A DNA stretch of 64,000 nt from Candidatus Danuiimicrobium aquiferis (GTDB lineage: Bacteria > Omnitrophota > Omnitrophia > Omnitrophales > Danuiimicrobiaceae). Location: contig MHFR01000060.1 in assembly GCA_001804285.1 (NCBI GenBank), forward strand, positions 34,442 through 98,441. Reading direction: 5' to 3'. The notes under the pieces were generated by a model, which searched no databases, was not told where the DNA came from, and saw nothing but the letters and a program-made list of their open reading frames with translations. Position numbers and translations under genes: made by a program. This document shows positions 39,749 to 48,669 of the stretch, piece after piece (within the stretch, counting starts at the first letter, position 1; every line of letters starts with the position of its first letter).

Positions 39749-40201
39749 TTAAGATTGCTGTTTTGGAATCTCGATCAACTTTTCAGCCAGTTGTTCGAAT
39801 GAATCCAAATTTCCCCTAAAAAATTGTTCCCATTTTTCTTTCGACCAAATTTCTATACGATCTGACACACCGATAATGACCACGTCCTGTTTAATCTCTC
39901 CGTATTCCTTGAGATACGTGGGGATTAAAATTCTTCCCTGTTTGTCGCATATCACTTCACTGGCACCTGAAAAATAAAGGCGGTTAAATTTTCTTGATTC
40001 TTCGCGGGTAAACGGTTGATCCCGAAATTTACGTTCCTGTAACTTCCATTCACTTTCGGGGAAGACAAACAAACAACGATCAAGGCCGCGGGTAATAAAA
40101 AATTTTTCCACATAGTGTTCTTTGAAAATCTCTCGGAACTTGGCAGGAATAATCACGCGATCTTTTGCATCCAAGGAATGCTGATATTCACCGTAGAACA
40201 T
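39749..40201 (-). CDS. mraZ: Transcriptional regulator MraZ
   Basis: 'MFYGEYQHSLDAKDRVIIPAKFRE' with duplicated SpoVT/AbrB-like halves. Confidence 0.9.
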   Translation of the reverse strand: MFYGEYQHSLDAKDRVIIPAKFREIFKEHYVEKFFITRGLDRCLFVFPESEWKLQERKFRDQPFTREESRKFNRLYFSGASEVICDKQGRILIPTYLKEYGEIKQDVVIIGVSDRIEIWSKEKWEQFFRGNLDSFEQLAEKLIEIPKQQS

Positions 40202-40208
40202 ATCTTAA

Positions 40209-40238
40209 TTCTCCACTTTCTCCCACCTGAAACCACTT
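40209..40238 (-). promoter_or_regulatory. Candidate MraZ operator: three GTGG(N) direct repeats at 10-11-bp spacing immediately upstream of mraZ
   Basis: mRNA-sense AAGTGGTTTCAGGTGGGAGAAAGTGGAG. Resembles the E. coli MraZ-box array (GTGGG repeats with 10-nt periodicity). Confidence 0.4.
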
Positions 40239-40415
40239 TACGTCACGAAGTATACCGAATTGTGGAACTCCTTGTCAAGAAATAAGATGGAGAAAACTCA
40301 AAACATACAAGACACAAAATATGGTAAATAAACGAGCCGCCAACACAATATAATGTGGCTTATTTTAAAAGAGGGATAGTTCCTTAGAATAAAAAATGGG
40401 ATGCTGCTGAAACTT

Positions 40416-40609
40416 TAGCCCGGATTTCTCATCGCTAATGAGAAATTCCGCTCGTAAGAGCTGCGGTGCAAAGAGGTTATTCATCTTTGCGACACAGGGC
40501 TTATCTTTTGCGCCCTGATTTAACAAGGGCGCAAAACTTTGGGTGCAACTTATTGCGCCCAAAGCGACCTTCTCCATGATTCAAAAAATCGATGAGAAGG
40601 TCGGGTTAG
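40416..40609. repeat. Family B MITE-like element, full copy B3 (about 194 bp)
   Basis: TAGCCCGGATTTCTCATCGCTAATGAGAAATTCCG...GATGAGAAGGTCGGGTTA, collinear with B2. Generates the spurious ORF 40365..40577. Confidence 0.85.
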
Positions 40610-40622
40610 GACTTTTTTTGAA

Positions 40623-41324
40623 TTATTCGCAGTATAAAATGCGGGAGCAATTTTCGCAGAAAACGACTTTTTCCTTCATTTTGATTTCATTGATGATTTG
40701 CGGACGGATTGTCATTTGGCATTCATTACAAACTTCACCTGTCACTTCAACAAGCGCAACTCCTCTTTTCTTCACAACAATTCTATCGTAGACAGAAGCA
40801 ATTTCCGGATCAACCTGCTTGATTTTTTCATTTCGCTGTTTTGTAAGGACTTCGCTTTGACCTTCAATTGCTTTGGCCTTTTCTTCAAACGTTTTAACCT
40901 TTTGATGTTGCTCAATTTCTGTTGTCTGAAATTTCTTTTTTTGTTCCTCTAATTTTTTCTGAACAGCCTGAACGTCATCCATAAATTGGATAATTTGTTC
41001 TTCGAGCAAGGAATTATCGGCCTTTAAGGAAGCAATTTCATCCTGCAGCGACTTATATTCTTTATTGGTCTTTACCTGGCTGAGTTGCGCATCATATTTC
41101 CTGACATTTTCTTCTTTGCCGGCAAGTTCAACTTCTTTCCCTTTTTGTTTAAGCTGAAGCTTTTTCAACTCATCCTGAAGATTCGTCAAAACATTTTTCT
41201 GTTCAACAATAAAACAGTTAATTGCTTCGATTTGCTCGGGAATAGTATTCTTTTCTTCTTCAAGCGTATAGATCTGCTTATCCCATTCCTGGATTTCTTT
41301 TAAGATTTTCATATCTGGCATCAT
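40623..41324 (-). CDS. Coiled-coil protein with C-terminal C4 zinc-ribbon (COG1579 / zf-RING_7 family)
   Basis: Long heptad-rich N-terminus. C-terminus 'CNECQMTIRPQ...VFCENCSRILY' is a CxxC...CxxC ribbon. Confidence 0.65.
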   Translation of the reverse strand: MMPDMKILKEIQEWDKQIYTLEEEKNTIPEQIEAINCFIVEQKNVLTNLQDELKKLQLKQKGKEVELAGKEENVRKYDAQLSQVKTNKEYKSLQDEIASLKADNSLLEEQIIQFMDDVQAVQKKLEEQKKKFQTTEIEQHQKVKTFEEKAKAIEGQSEVLTKQRNEKIKQVDPEIASVYDRIVVKKRGVALVEVTGEVCNECQMTIRPQIINEIKMKEKVVFCENCSRILYCE

Positions 41325-41432
41325 AGAATATTAAACAATAAACCCTTTTTGGCATTATCAAATCTACTATCGGTATTCGGCACTAAATAAACGGGGGTAT
41401 TATAGGGAAGCGTGACTGCTGCCGCAAGCCTT

Positions 41433-42038
41433 TTATACAGCCTTCTCAATTTTGGATTCATTTAAAATTGCCCGCCGCTTGCGAAGTTCCATCCCCAAGC
41501 GGGCAAAAGCAATCAGCTCAGGAGTTGAAAGATCCGATTCCCGGATACCGGATTCTGTTTTGGAATTAATCGGCCGCGGATAAAGGGCGGCTGAAAAGCC
41601 CGCATTTGCTTCCCTCTCTTCTTTCACTCGTCGAATGAAAACCGCATTTTCACCTTCTGAGCGAATAAAAGAAAACTCGTGAAGGCTCACCCTGATTAAA
41701 CCAAATGACATCCGGGATAATAAATGAGAGGAAAATCCGTTCGCAAAAACACATAATGCAATATCTTGGATATTCGCATCATTCAATTCTTTGCGTTTCC
41801 CTTCCAATCGTGCCGCACTATTTAAAAACCATTCGAAGGACTCTTCCTCTAACTCTTGCGAATGAATCTGTATTTCCACCAAAGTATGCTCCACCAAAAT
41901 AAACTGGCAAATCGCTCGCTCTCCCTTGGGATGAGAAAGGAATCGTGCAGCCGGAAACATCTTCTGAATGATGGCCGGAAGAATATTAACCAGTGATTCA
42001 CGCGACAATTCGTCGTAAACGGGTTCGTAAATTTTCAT
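41433..42038 (-). CDS. Hypothetical protein (last gene of the ParA-CBM48 operon)
   Basis: 201 aa, no recognisable motif. 4-nt overlap with the upstream gene. Confidence 0.45.
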   Translation of the reverse strand: MKIYEPVYDELSRESLVNILPAIIQKMFPAARFLSHPKGERAICQFILVEHTLVEIQIHSQELEEESFEWFLNSAARLEGKRKELNDANIQDIALCVFANGFSSHLLSRMSFGLIRVSLHEFSFIRSEGENAVFIRRVKEEREANAGFSAALYPRPINSKTESGIRESDLSTPELIAFARLGMELRKRRAILNESKIEKAV

Positions 42039-42904
42039 GAAATTAAATGCAGCTCCTCACACAGTTCAATTTTGGCTGATGAATTTAATATCATAGATTC
42101 CGGCTGCATCAGAATTTCAGGATTCAAGCGATACCGGTCATCTTCTCCCCAACCCATCAGATTTAAATCACAGCCAATGTATTGTGATACAATTTGGCAA
42201 AATTGTTCATAAACAAACTCGCACAAAGATTCGGCACCGGCCCCTTTTACCACCATCATAAAACGCAAGTTTTTTTTATGCGAAGCATGTAATCGCATCG
42301 CCTGATAAGCTTTAAGGACTCCCTCTAGATTAGGCGGAACAACCAAGATAATACAATCTAAAACATCGAGGATTTCCATTCCGAACCGGCAATCAGCCAA
42401 TGTTAAATAAGAAGAGTCAAACAAAACCAGATTAGACTGCGTAAGAGATCCGTTCAAACCCCTCTTAATTGGTTTTAAATCGATGATATCACCAAATTTG
42501 ACGGCAGGAATATAGGTAAACTTCACCGACCGGTCAAGTTGTTGAAATTGAACTAAATCATCCGAAACGATTTGTTCCCATCTGGGCAGCGGCAAAAAGG
42601 AAGCAAATATTTCATACCGTTCGTGGTTCGGAGCAACGGAAACAAAATACGTTTCCTGAAAAGATGTGCTGATCGATTCGAGCAACTTCATTTCCTCCAG
42701 AATCGTTAATTCTTCTTCCACAGATAAGAGAGTCGCGCAAACAACACCCCTGTGAATTTCTGCATCATGATAGACTTCGTTGTGGTGCTCAAATTCATGA
42801 GGAGGCGCAATCGACACAATCCGATTCGCATACCCTTTCCCAGGCATCTCAAAAAGCGGCGATAAATCAGCAAGTCCCTGTTTCAGCTTCTTTTCAACCT
42901 TCAT
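42035..42904 (-). CDS. MinD/ParA-like protein lacking a Walker A motif (degenerate pseudo-ATPase partner); start taken at 'MKVEKKLKQG'
   Basis: The C-terminal half 'DCIILVVPPNLEGVLKAYQAMRLHASHKKNLRFMMVVKGAGAESL...LMGWGEDD' follows the MinD/FlhG fold pattern. No GKGGxGK[ST] P-loop. Confidence 0.5.
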   Translation of the reverse strand: MKVEKKLKQGLADLSPLFEMPGKGYANRIVSIAPPHEFEHHNEVYHDAEIHRGVVCATLLSVEEELTILEEMKLLESISTSFQETYFVSVAPNHERYEIFASFLPLPRWEQIVSDDLVQFQQLDRSVKFTYIPAVKFGDIIDLKPIKRGLNGSLTQSNLVLFDSSYLTLADCRFGMEILDVLDCIILVVPPNLEGVLKAYQAMRLHASHKKNLRFMMVVKGAGAESLCEFVYEQFCQIVSQYIGCDLNLMGWGEDDRYRLNPEILMQPESMILNSSAKIELCEELHLIS

Positions 42905-44198
42905 GTAAGTTACTTTCAATCTCCACCATAATAAGCGAATCAACCCCACCATACTGATTCGCGCTGTTGTACCCGTTGGCAGGATCTGTTTTCCATTCGT
43001 CATCAACCAAAAGTTTATACCTGTGCAACCCTTTGCCGATCGGAATGATTTTCCGCCACAATCCTTTCTCCGCATCTACAAGGTGGAGCGGTTCTGCTAC
43101 CCATCGGTTGAAATCCCCCGCAATCATGACGGAGCGAACTGCCTGATTTAAATAAGAGAATAAAAAACCACCTAAAACGGCGCGCGGTTTTAATTCTTCG
43201 GGATCCATCGCGGGCACTTGAATTTGTTCTATTTGAATAGTGGCAATCGTCGACGCGGGATGAGTCTCAACCGCGGCTTGCGTTTGAACCGTAGGGGACT
43301 GAGTAGAATCGATATGAATGGCCTCTTGTTTATCGTTTCCCGAAGTCACAGAATTTTCCGTTTCGTCTTGATGGCTCTTTCCATCAGAAACGCTTGCCCC
43401 ATCCACCTTTGGCGAAACTTTCGAACCGCCACTTGCCCAAATTAATCCGCGTTCGATCACTTCGATAGCCAGCCCCATGTAATTTCGGAAACCACTCGAT
43501 TCCCGGTCAAAAGCAACAATACTTTGCCCGGCCGCAGCAGCTTCTTTTAATCTGATATTTTCATCAATGATATTAATAAAGATCTGATCGTGAAAATATT
43601 TCCGAACTTCTTCTTTGATTTCCCGTCCGAGCCGGCTCCGGTCTTCCCATCGGGTTAAGAGCGCATGAATCCTGAGTTCTTTGCCAAATTCTTTTTTAAA
43701 CGAATCAATGGTTTCAAAAATTTTTGCAAGTCCATGAAGTGAAAAAAAGGACGGTTCAATCGGAATAATCACCTCTTCAGCGGCATAAAGCGCATTGAAT
43801 GTCAAAAATCCAAGATTTGGCGGGCAATCAATAATAACATATTCGTACCGGTCTGAAATGGCGTCCAACTGGCGTGCCAAGCAACTGTGCGGAACAGTTT
43901 CGCAAACAAATTCACGTTCAACACGGCCTAACTTGATCGTTGAGGGAATCATATCCAAGTGATCATTAACAAAAACACCTAAGTCAGCAGCGCTGATTTC
44001 CTGGCTCTGGAAGAGATCATACGACGTATAAGGAAGAAATTCGGCTTTAATGCCAAGCCCGCAGGCACAATGTCCTTGAGGATCTAAATCCATTAACAAA
44101 ACTTTTTTACGAAGGAAAGCTAAGCTTGCGGATAAATTGATAGCGGTAGTCGTTTTTCCACAACCCCCTTTTTGATTTGCAATTGCAACAATTCGCAC
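42894..44198 (-). CDS. ParA/Soj-family deviant Walker-A ATPase fused to a C-terminal AMPK-beta / CBM48-like glycogen-binding domain
   Basis: N-terminus 'IVAIANQKGGCGKTTTAINLSASLA...DLDPQGH...IIDCPPNLG' is a canonical ParA. After a low-complexity linker, the C-terminus 'VLGGF..S.L...VRSVMIAGDFNRWVAEPLHLVDAEKGLWRKIIPIGKGLHRYKLLVDDEWKTDPAN' aligns to the AMPK beta-subunit GBD (SGSFNNW...HQYKFFVDGQWTHDP). Confidence 0.7.
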   Translation of the reverse strand: MRIVAIANQKGGCGKTTTAINLSASLAFLRKKVLLMDLDPQGHCACGLGIKAEFLPYTSYDLFQSQEISAADLGVFVNDHLDMIPSTIKLGRVEREFVCETVPHSCLARQLDAISDRYEYVIIDCPPNLGFLTFNALYAAEEVIIPIEPSFFSLHGLAKIFETIDSFKKEFGKELRIHALLTRWEDRSRLGREIKEEVRKYFHDQIFINIIDENIRLKEAAAAGQSIVAFDRESSGFRNYMGLAIEVIERGLIWASGGSKVSPKVDGASVSDGKSHQDETENSVTSGNDKQEAIHIDSTQSPTVQTQAAVETHPASTIATIQIEQIQVPAMDPEELKPRAVLGGFLFSYLNQAVRSVMIAGDFNRWVAEPLHLVDAEKGLWRKIIPIGKGLHRYKLLVDDEWKTDPANGYNSANQYGGVDSLIMVEIESNLHEG

Positions 44199-44468
44199 GG
44201 GGTTTTAACCTCCCCTTTTCGTTTTACGCGAACGTTCTTACACGCAATCAATTCTATGGCTTGAATTCTGTGGACGCTATCGTTCGGAATTTAACAAAAG
44301 AACTATAGCTCAATCACAAAAGTTGTAAAAAATATATTTTTTTATGAATAATGACAAAAAAATCACTTCATTCTCAGGAAAATCCCTTTCCAAAAAAGAA
44401 ATTCTATAGATAGACCTTTGAATCTTATATCGGCAATCGGGGAACAATCTTAAGCTGTTGCATGCTTT

Positions 44469-44560
44469 TGGTTTAGCTCGGATTTCTCATTGCTAATCCG
44501 GTTTTCTCATCGTTTTTTTCAATCGATGATAAGGGCGCGTGTTAGATGAGAAACTATCTA
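44469..44560. repeat. Family B element, degenerate partial copy B4
   Basis: TTAGCTCGGATTTCTCATTGCTAATCCGGTTTTCTCATCG...GATGAGAAACT. TIR-like modules only. Confidence 0.55.
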
Positions 44561-44581
44561 TGGGGAGAGGCCCCAGCTGAA

Positions 44582-45538
44582 TTACACGCGCACTAAATTC
44601 TCAACATTCGCTACCCCAACCACCTCGCGGGAAGGGTTAATCACAATAGCGTAAGATGCGTGTTTCGATTGCAGGAGATAGAGTGCTTTTTCGGAAGACG
44701 TGTCATGCCGGATAAAAAGCGGGGCTCGTAGATATTGGGAGAGAGGAAGATCTCCGTCACTTTCGAACAAAATATCAAAAACATAAATAATGCCCACCAC
44801 AATTGATGGAATTTCTTCGTAAACTAAAATGGCTTTTGTTTTCCGATCCTTTGCAATCTTTTTGACCTCTTTAATCTTGCAAGTAAGCGGAACTTGAGGA
44901 AAACGCGAGAGTGGAATCATGACTTCTTCCACACGATTTGACCGCAGATTTAAAATAGTATCAATCATTTTCTGCTCGTGCTGGTGAAGCACACCCTGTT
45001 TTGCGCTTTCTTTCACGACATATGAAAACTCCTCGCGAGTTACAAAAGGATTCGGTTTAAACGCTGAACCCGTAAATCCAATTAATTGATCGATGATTTT
45101 AATAAATACGACTGAAATCCAGCCCAAGAGGCGATCAATCACTGTCATTAACGGCGCTAAACGATAAATGAAGTCATCGGCACGTTGGCGGAACCAATCT
45201 TTCGGAACGGTTTCCGCAAAAATGATGATAAATGGCGCAATAATAGCCACGATAACCCACTCATTTGTGATATGCATCTTTTCGCCCAATAAATAAGTCG
45301 CAAGAGACGTCATCGAAACATGGGTCAAATTATTTCCGATCAGAACAGTTGTCAAAAAACGCTTCGGCTCACGGTGAAATGCCATCGCCAATATGCCATT
45401 TTTATTTCCCTCATCGGCCAAATGGCGAAGTTTGAGCTTATTGCAAGACAAATAAGCCATTTCCATTCCGGCGAAAATAACCGAAAGCGCAAAGCTCAGT
45501 CCGATTAAAAATAAAATAATGATCATGGTTTCTGCCAA
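44582..45538 (-). CDS. CNNM/DUF21-CBS pair domain membrane protein (CorC/HlyC-family transporter, lacks C-terminal CorC domain)
   Basis: DUF21 4-TM N-terminus plus tandem CBS domains. Paralog of the upstream gene. Confidence 0.7.
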   Translation of the reverse strand: MAETMIIILFLIGLSFALSVIFAGMEMAYLSCNKLKLRHLADEGNKNGILAMAFHREPKRFLTTVLIGNNLTHVSMTSLATYLLGEKMHITNEWVIVAIIAPFIIIFAETVPKDWFRQRADDFIYRLAPLMTVIDRLLGWISVVFIKIIDQLIGFTGSAFKPNPFVTREEFSYVVKESAKQGVLHQHEQKMIDTILNLRSNRVEEVMIPLSRFPQVPLTCKIKEVKKIAKDRKTKAILVYEEIPSIVVGIIYVFDILFESDGDLPLSQYLRAPLFIRHDTSSEKALYLLQSKHASYAIVINPSREVVGVANVENLVRV

Positions 45539-46758
45539 ATTTCAATTTTTTTGATTCTTTGTCGATGAACTTCTCTGACATAAAATTCATTTGCATCGTC
45601 TGAAAATAATTCACCCGTTTTAGGAATTCGTCCAAGCTTTTCAAGAAGCCAACCGCCTAATGTTTCACTGGTCTCGGAGGTTAAATGCAAACCCAATTTT
45701 TCTTCCAGCTCATGGAGTCCAGCTTTCCCCAGAACCATATACCGGCCAACACCTGTTTCCCGGATCATCGGCTCCTCCTTAGAATATTCATCGTAAAACT
45801 CTCCAAAAATTTCTTCTAAAACATCTTCAAGAGTGACGATCCCGGCCGTTCCGCCATATTCATCCACACAAATCGCGCAACGATATTGCTGTTTTTGTAA
45901 TTCTAAAAGCAATTCGTCAACCGGTTTCGTCTCCGGAACATAAAATGGAGTCATTATATGTTCTTGGACCTTTTTCGTTTCATCAAGCATAAATTCTTGC
46001 GACCAAATTACTCCCAACAAATGATCCAGCGATTTCTCGTAGACAGGGATATAACTGTAATGGCTCTGTTTGATCAATTCCGCAAGACTTTCCGGAGAGT
46101 CTTCAACATCAAAAGCGATTAAATCGGGCCGCGGCGTCATGATCTCGCGAACAATGCGGTCGCTCAAACTGATCAATTTATGGATCATTCCGCTTTCCTC
46201 ATCCTTGAGGACCCCTTCTTCCTCACCGATTCGAACCAAAGCTTTGAGCTCATCTTCAGAAATCATGTCCGGATGCAATCTTTTCCCTTTAACTAAAATC
46301 CGCAGGATAAAATCAGAAATCAAACGGATGAGTTTTCGTATGGGAAATAAAATACGTGCAATCAAATCGAGAGGAATACATGTGATTGTCGCGGTCCAAA
46401 CATTTTGCTGAACTGCAAAGACTTTCGGGGTCAACTCACCAAACAACACCAAGACAACCGTAAACCCGGCGATGGTCCAACCAACCCCTCCAAATCCAAA
46501 TAGTTTTATTGAAATCAATGTCACAATCGCCACCATCAAGGTATTCACAGCCATATTTCCTATCAAAATGGTGATCAACGTTCGGCGCGGACTTTCGAGC
46601 AGCCGTTCAACGATTTTCCAGATTAACGGATGTCCGCTTTGCAAACGGCGCTTCTCAATTTTAGAAAGAGAAAAAATAGCCGCTTCTGATCCCGAAAAAA
46701 ACGCGGACATCAATAAAAGTAATATAAGAAGCGCGAAATGAGACATTAATGTCGGCAT
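45523..46758 (-). CDS. CNNM/CorC-family Mg2+/Co2+ transporter (DUF21-CBS-CorC_HlyC)
   Basis: 'FFSGSEAAIFSLS' DUF21 start. CBS pair. C-terminal transporter-associated domain. Confidence 0.75.
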   Translation of the reverse strand: MPTLMSHFALLILLLLMSAFFSGSEAAIFSLSKIEKRRLQSGHPLIWKIVERLLESPRRTLITILIGNMAVNTLMVAIVTLISIKLFGFGGVGWTIAGFTVVLVLFGELTPKVFAVQQNVWTATITCIPLDLIARILFPIRKLIRLISDFILRILVKGKRLHPDMISEDELKALVRIGEEEGVLKDEESGMIHKLISLSDRIVREIMTPRPDLIAFDVEDSPESLAELIKQSHYSYIPVYEKSLDHLLGVIWSQEFMLDETKKVQEHIMTPFYVPETKPVDELLLELQKQQYRCAICVDEYGGTAGIVTLEDVLEEIFGEFYDEYSKEEPMIRETGVGRYMVLGKAGLHELEEKLGLHLTSETSETLGGWLLEKLGRIPKTGELFSDDANEFYVREVHRQRIKKIEIWQKP

Positions 46759-46761
46759 CGG

Positions 46762-47334
46762 TCAAGCCTCGTAAAGTTTTTGTTTCACGATATAATCCAA
46801 GACGGGCTTCGTGATATGCAAATCATCTATCTTTTTTTTCTTAATCCTGTTTCGAATGTGTGTTGAAGAAATTTTCAGCGGAATGAAATCCAAATATTCA
46901 ACCTCTCGCGGCATTTGCTTCGTTTCATATCCCGGCCGCTTCGCCACCACAAAGTGGCATAACTTGAAAATCGTTTCGATTTCTTTCCATTTTTCAAGCC
47001 GTTGCCCCCAATCACCGCCCGTCACAAAATAAAGTTCGTGAGACGGTGGATATTGTTCCCGGAAATAACGGACCGTATCTACCGTATAGGACACGCCTCC
47101 GCGTTTAATTTCACAATCAGAGATTTTAAATCGGGGTTCTCCGCTAATACATAGTTCGATCATCGCAATGCGTTGTTTATCAGAAGTTAAATTTCCGCAA
47201 TCTTTGAGAGGAGGATTTAAAGCCGGAACAAAATAAAGGAAATCTAATTTTAGAAGCTCGAGGGCCGAACGCGCAAGCGCCAAATGTCCTTTATGAATCG
47301 GATCAAACGTCCCTCCCAAGATTCCTATCTTCAT
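46762..47334 (-). CDS. nadD: Nicotinate-nucleotide adenylyltransferase
   Basis: 'IGILGGTFDPIHKGH' (T/H)xGH nucleotidyltransferase motif. Confidence 0.9.
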   Translation of the reverse strand: MKIGILGGTFDPIHKGHLALARSALELLKLDFLYFVPALNPPLKDCGNLTSDKQRIAMIELCISGEPRFKISDCEIKRGGVSYTVDTVRYFREQYPPSHELYFVTGGDWGQRLEKWKEIETIFKLCHFVVAKRPGYETKQMPREVEYLDFIPLKISSTHIRNRIKKKKIDDLHITKPVLDYIVKQKLYEA

Positions 47335-47357
47335 ATCACCACGGTTTTTTCAATTGG

Positions 47358-48614
47358 TTATGTTCGTACCTGGCCATTCCCGCGAACAACATACTTATAA
47401 GACATCAACCCTTCAAGCCCCATCGGACCGCGTGCATGAACCTTGTCCGTCGAGATTCCGATTTCCGCGCCAAAACCATATTCGTTTCCATCGGAAAATC
47501 TGGTTGAAGCATTGACCATCACCGACGAAGAATCCACTTTCAAGACGAATGTCTCTGCTGCCATTCGATTTCGAGTGACAATCGCATCGGTATGAGCGGA
47601 TCCGTACTTTGTAATGTGGTCTATCGCTTCCTCCATATTCTTGACAACGCGAATAGAAAGAATAAGATCCAGATATTCCGTTGCCCAATCTTTTTCGGTT
47701 ACTTTCGAAGCCCACGGAATGTATTTTCGCGTTAAAGCGTCTCCGCGAACCTCACACTTTGCATTCCGGTAAATTCGTCCCAAATCCGGAAGCACTTTTT
47801 CCGCAATGTCGCGATGGACGAGCAAAGTCTCCATGGCATTACAAACACCCGGCCGCTGGCATTTGGCGTTATATGCAATTTTTTTCGCCATCTCCAAATC
47901 GGCTTCCCGATCAATATAAACGTGGCAAATCCCCTTATAGTGCTTTACAACAGGAATCCGGGAATTTTCAGCAACCCGGCGAATGAGCGCCTCTCCGCCT
48001 CTTGGAATCACAAGATTAATCAACTCGTCGAGTTGAAGCAACTCGTCAATTGCATTGCGATCTGAAGTTTGAATGAGTGAAACAACCGAAGCCTTGATTC
48101 CACAGGAACGAAGCGCTTTTTCATAAACACGAACAATCGCAAGGTTTGAATGGAACGACTCCTTCCCGCCCCGCAAAATCACGGCATTTCCGCTTTTTAA
48201 ACACAACGAAGCGCATTCCGAAGTCACATTCGGACGGGATTCGTAAATAATCAAGATCACGCCGAGAGGAACCGAAACCTTACTGATCCGAAGTCCGTTC
48301 GGCCTTTTCCACGCAGCCAATTCCCTGCCCACAGGATCCGAGAGTTTCTCGACCTCCAACACGGCTTTCGCCATATGTTTAATTCGATCCGGCGTAAGCG
48401 TCAACCGATCCATAGCCGCATCAGTCAAACGCCTCGCGCGCGCCATCGCAAGGTCTTTTTGATTTGCCCGTACAATCGCTTGGGATTGCTTGAGCATTTC
48501 CTTCGCCACTTTGCTAAGAATTTTGTTTTTCTGCTTGGCCGCAAGTTCCGCAGCAACCCGGGAGGCTCCCTTCGCCGCTTGCGCACACCGAATCATTTCA
48601 TTTCTAAGACCCAT
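47358..48614 (-). CDS. proA: Gamma-glutamyl phosphate reductase
   Basis: ALDH-superfamily ProA. Conserved synteny with proB. Confidence 0.9.
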   Translation of the reverse strand: MGLRNEMIRCAQAAKGASRVAAELAAKQKNKILSKVAKEMLKQSQAIVRANQKDLAMARARRLTDAAMDRLTLTPDRIKHMAKAVLEVEKLSDPVGRELAAWKRPNGLRISKVSVPLGVILIIYESRPNVTSECASLCLKSGNAVILRGGKESFHSNLAIVRVYEKALRSCGIKASVVSLIQTSDRNAIDELLQLDELINLVIPRGGEALIRRVAENSRIPVVKHYKGICHVYIDREADLEMAKKIAYNAKCQRPGVCNAMETLLVHRDIAEKVLPDLGRIYRNAKCEVRGDALTRKYIPWASKVTEKDWATEYLDLILSIRVVKNMEEAIDHITKYGSAHTDAIVTRNRMAAETFVLKVDSSSVMVNASTRFSDGNEYGFGAEIGISTDKVHARGPMGLEGLMSYKYVVRGNGQVRT

Positions 48615-48630
48615 CTTTCACTTCTCCTCT

Positions 48631-48669
48631 AACCCGACTTTCTCATTAACGATGAGAAGTCCGGGCTAA
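48631..48669. repeat. Family B minimal element B5: the two terminal inverted repeats joined (TAACCCGACTTTCTCATTAACGATGAGAAGTCCGGGCTAA)
   Basis: Perfect hairpin between proA and proB. Supplies the proB stop codon. Equivalent to an 'empty' or solo-TIR form of family B. Confidence 0.75.
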
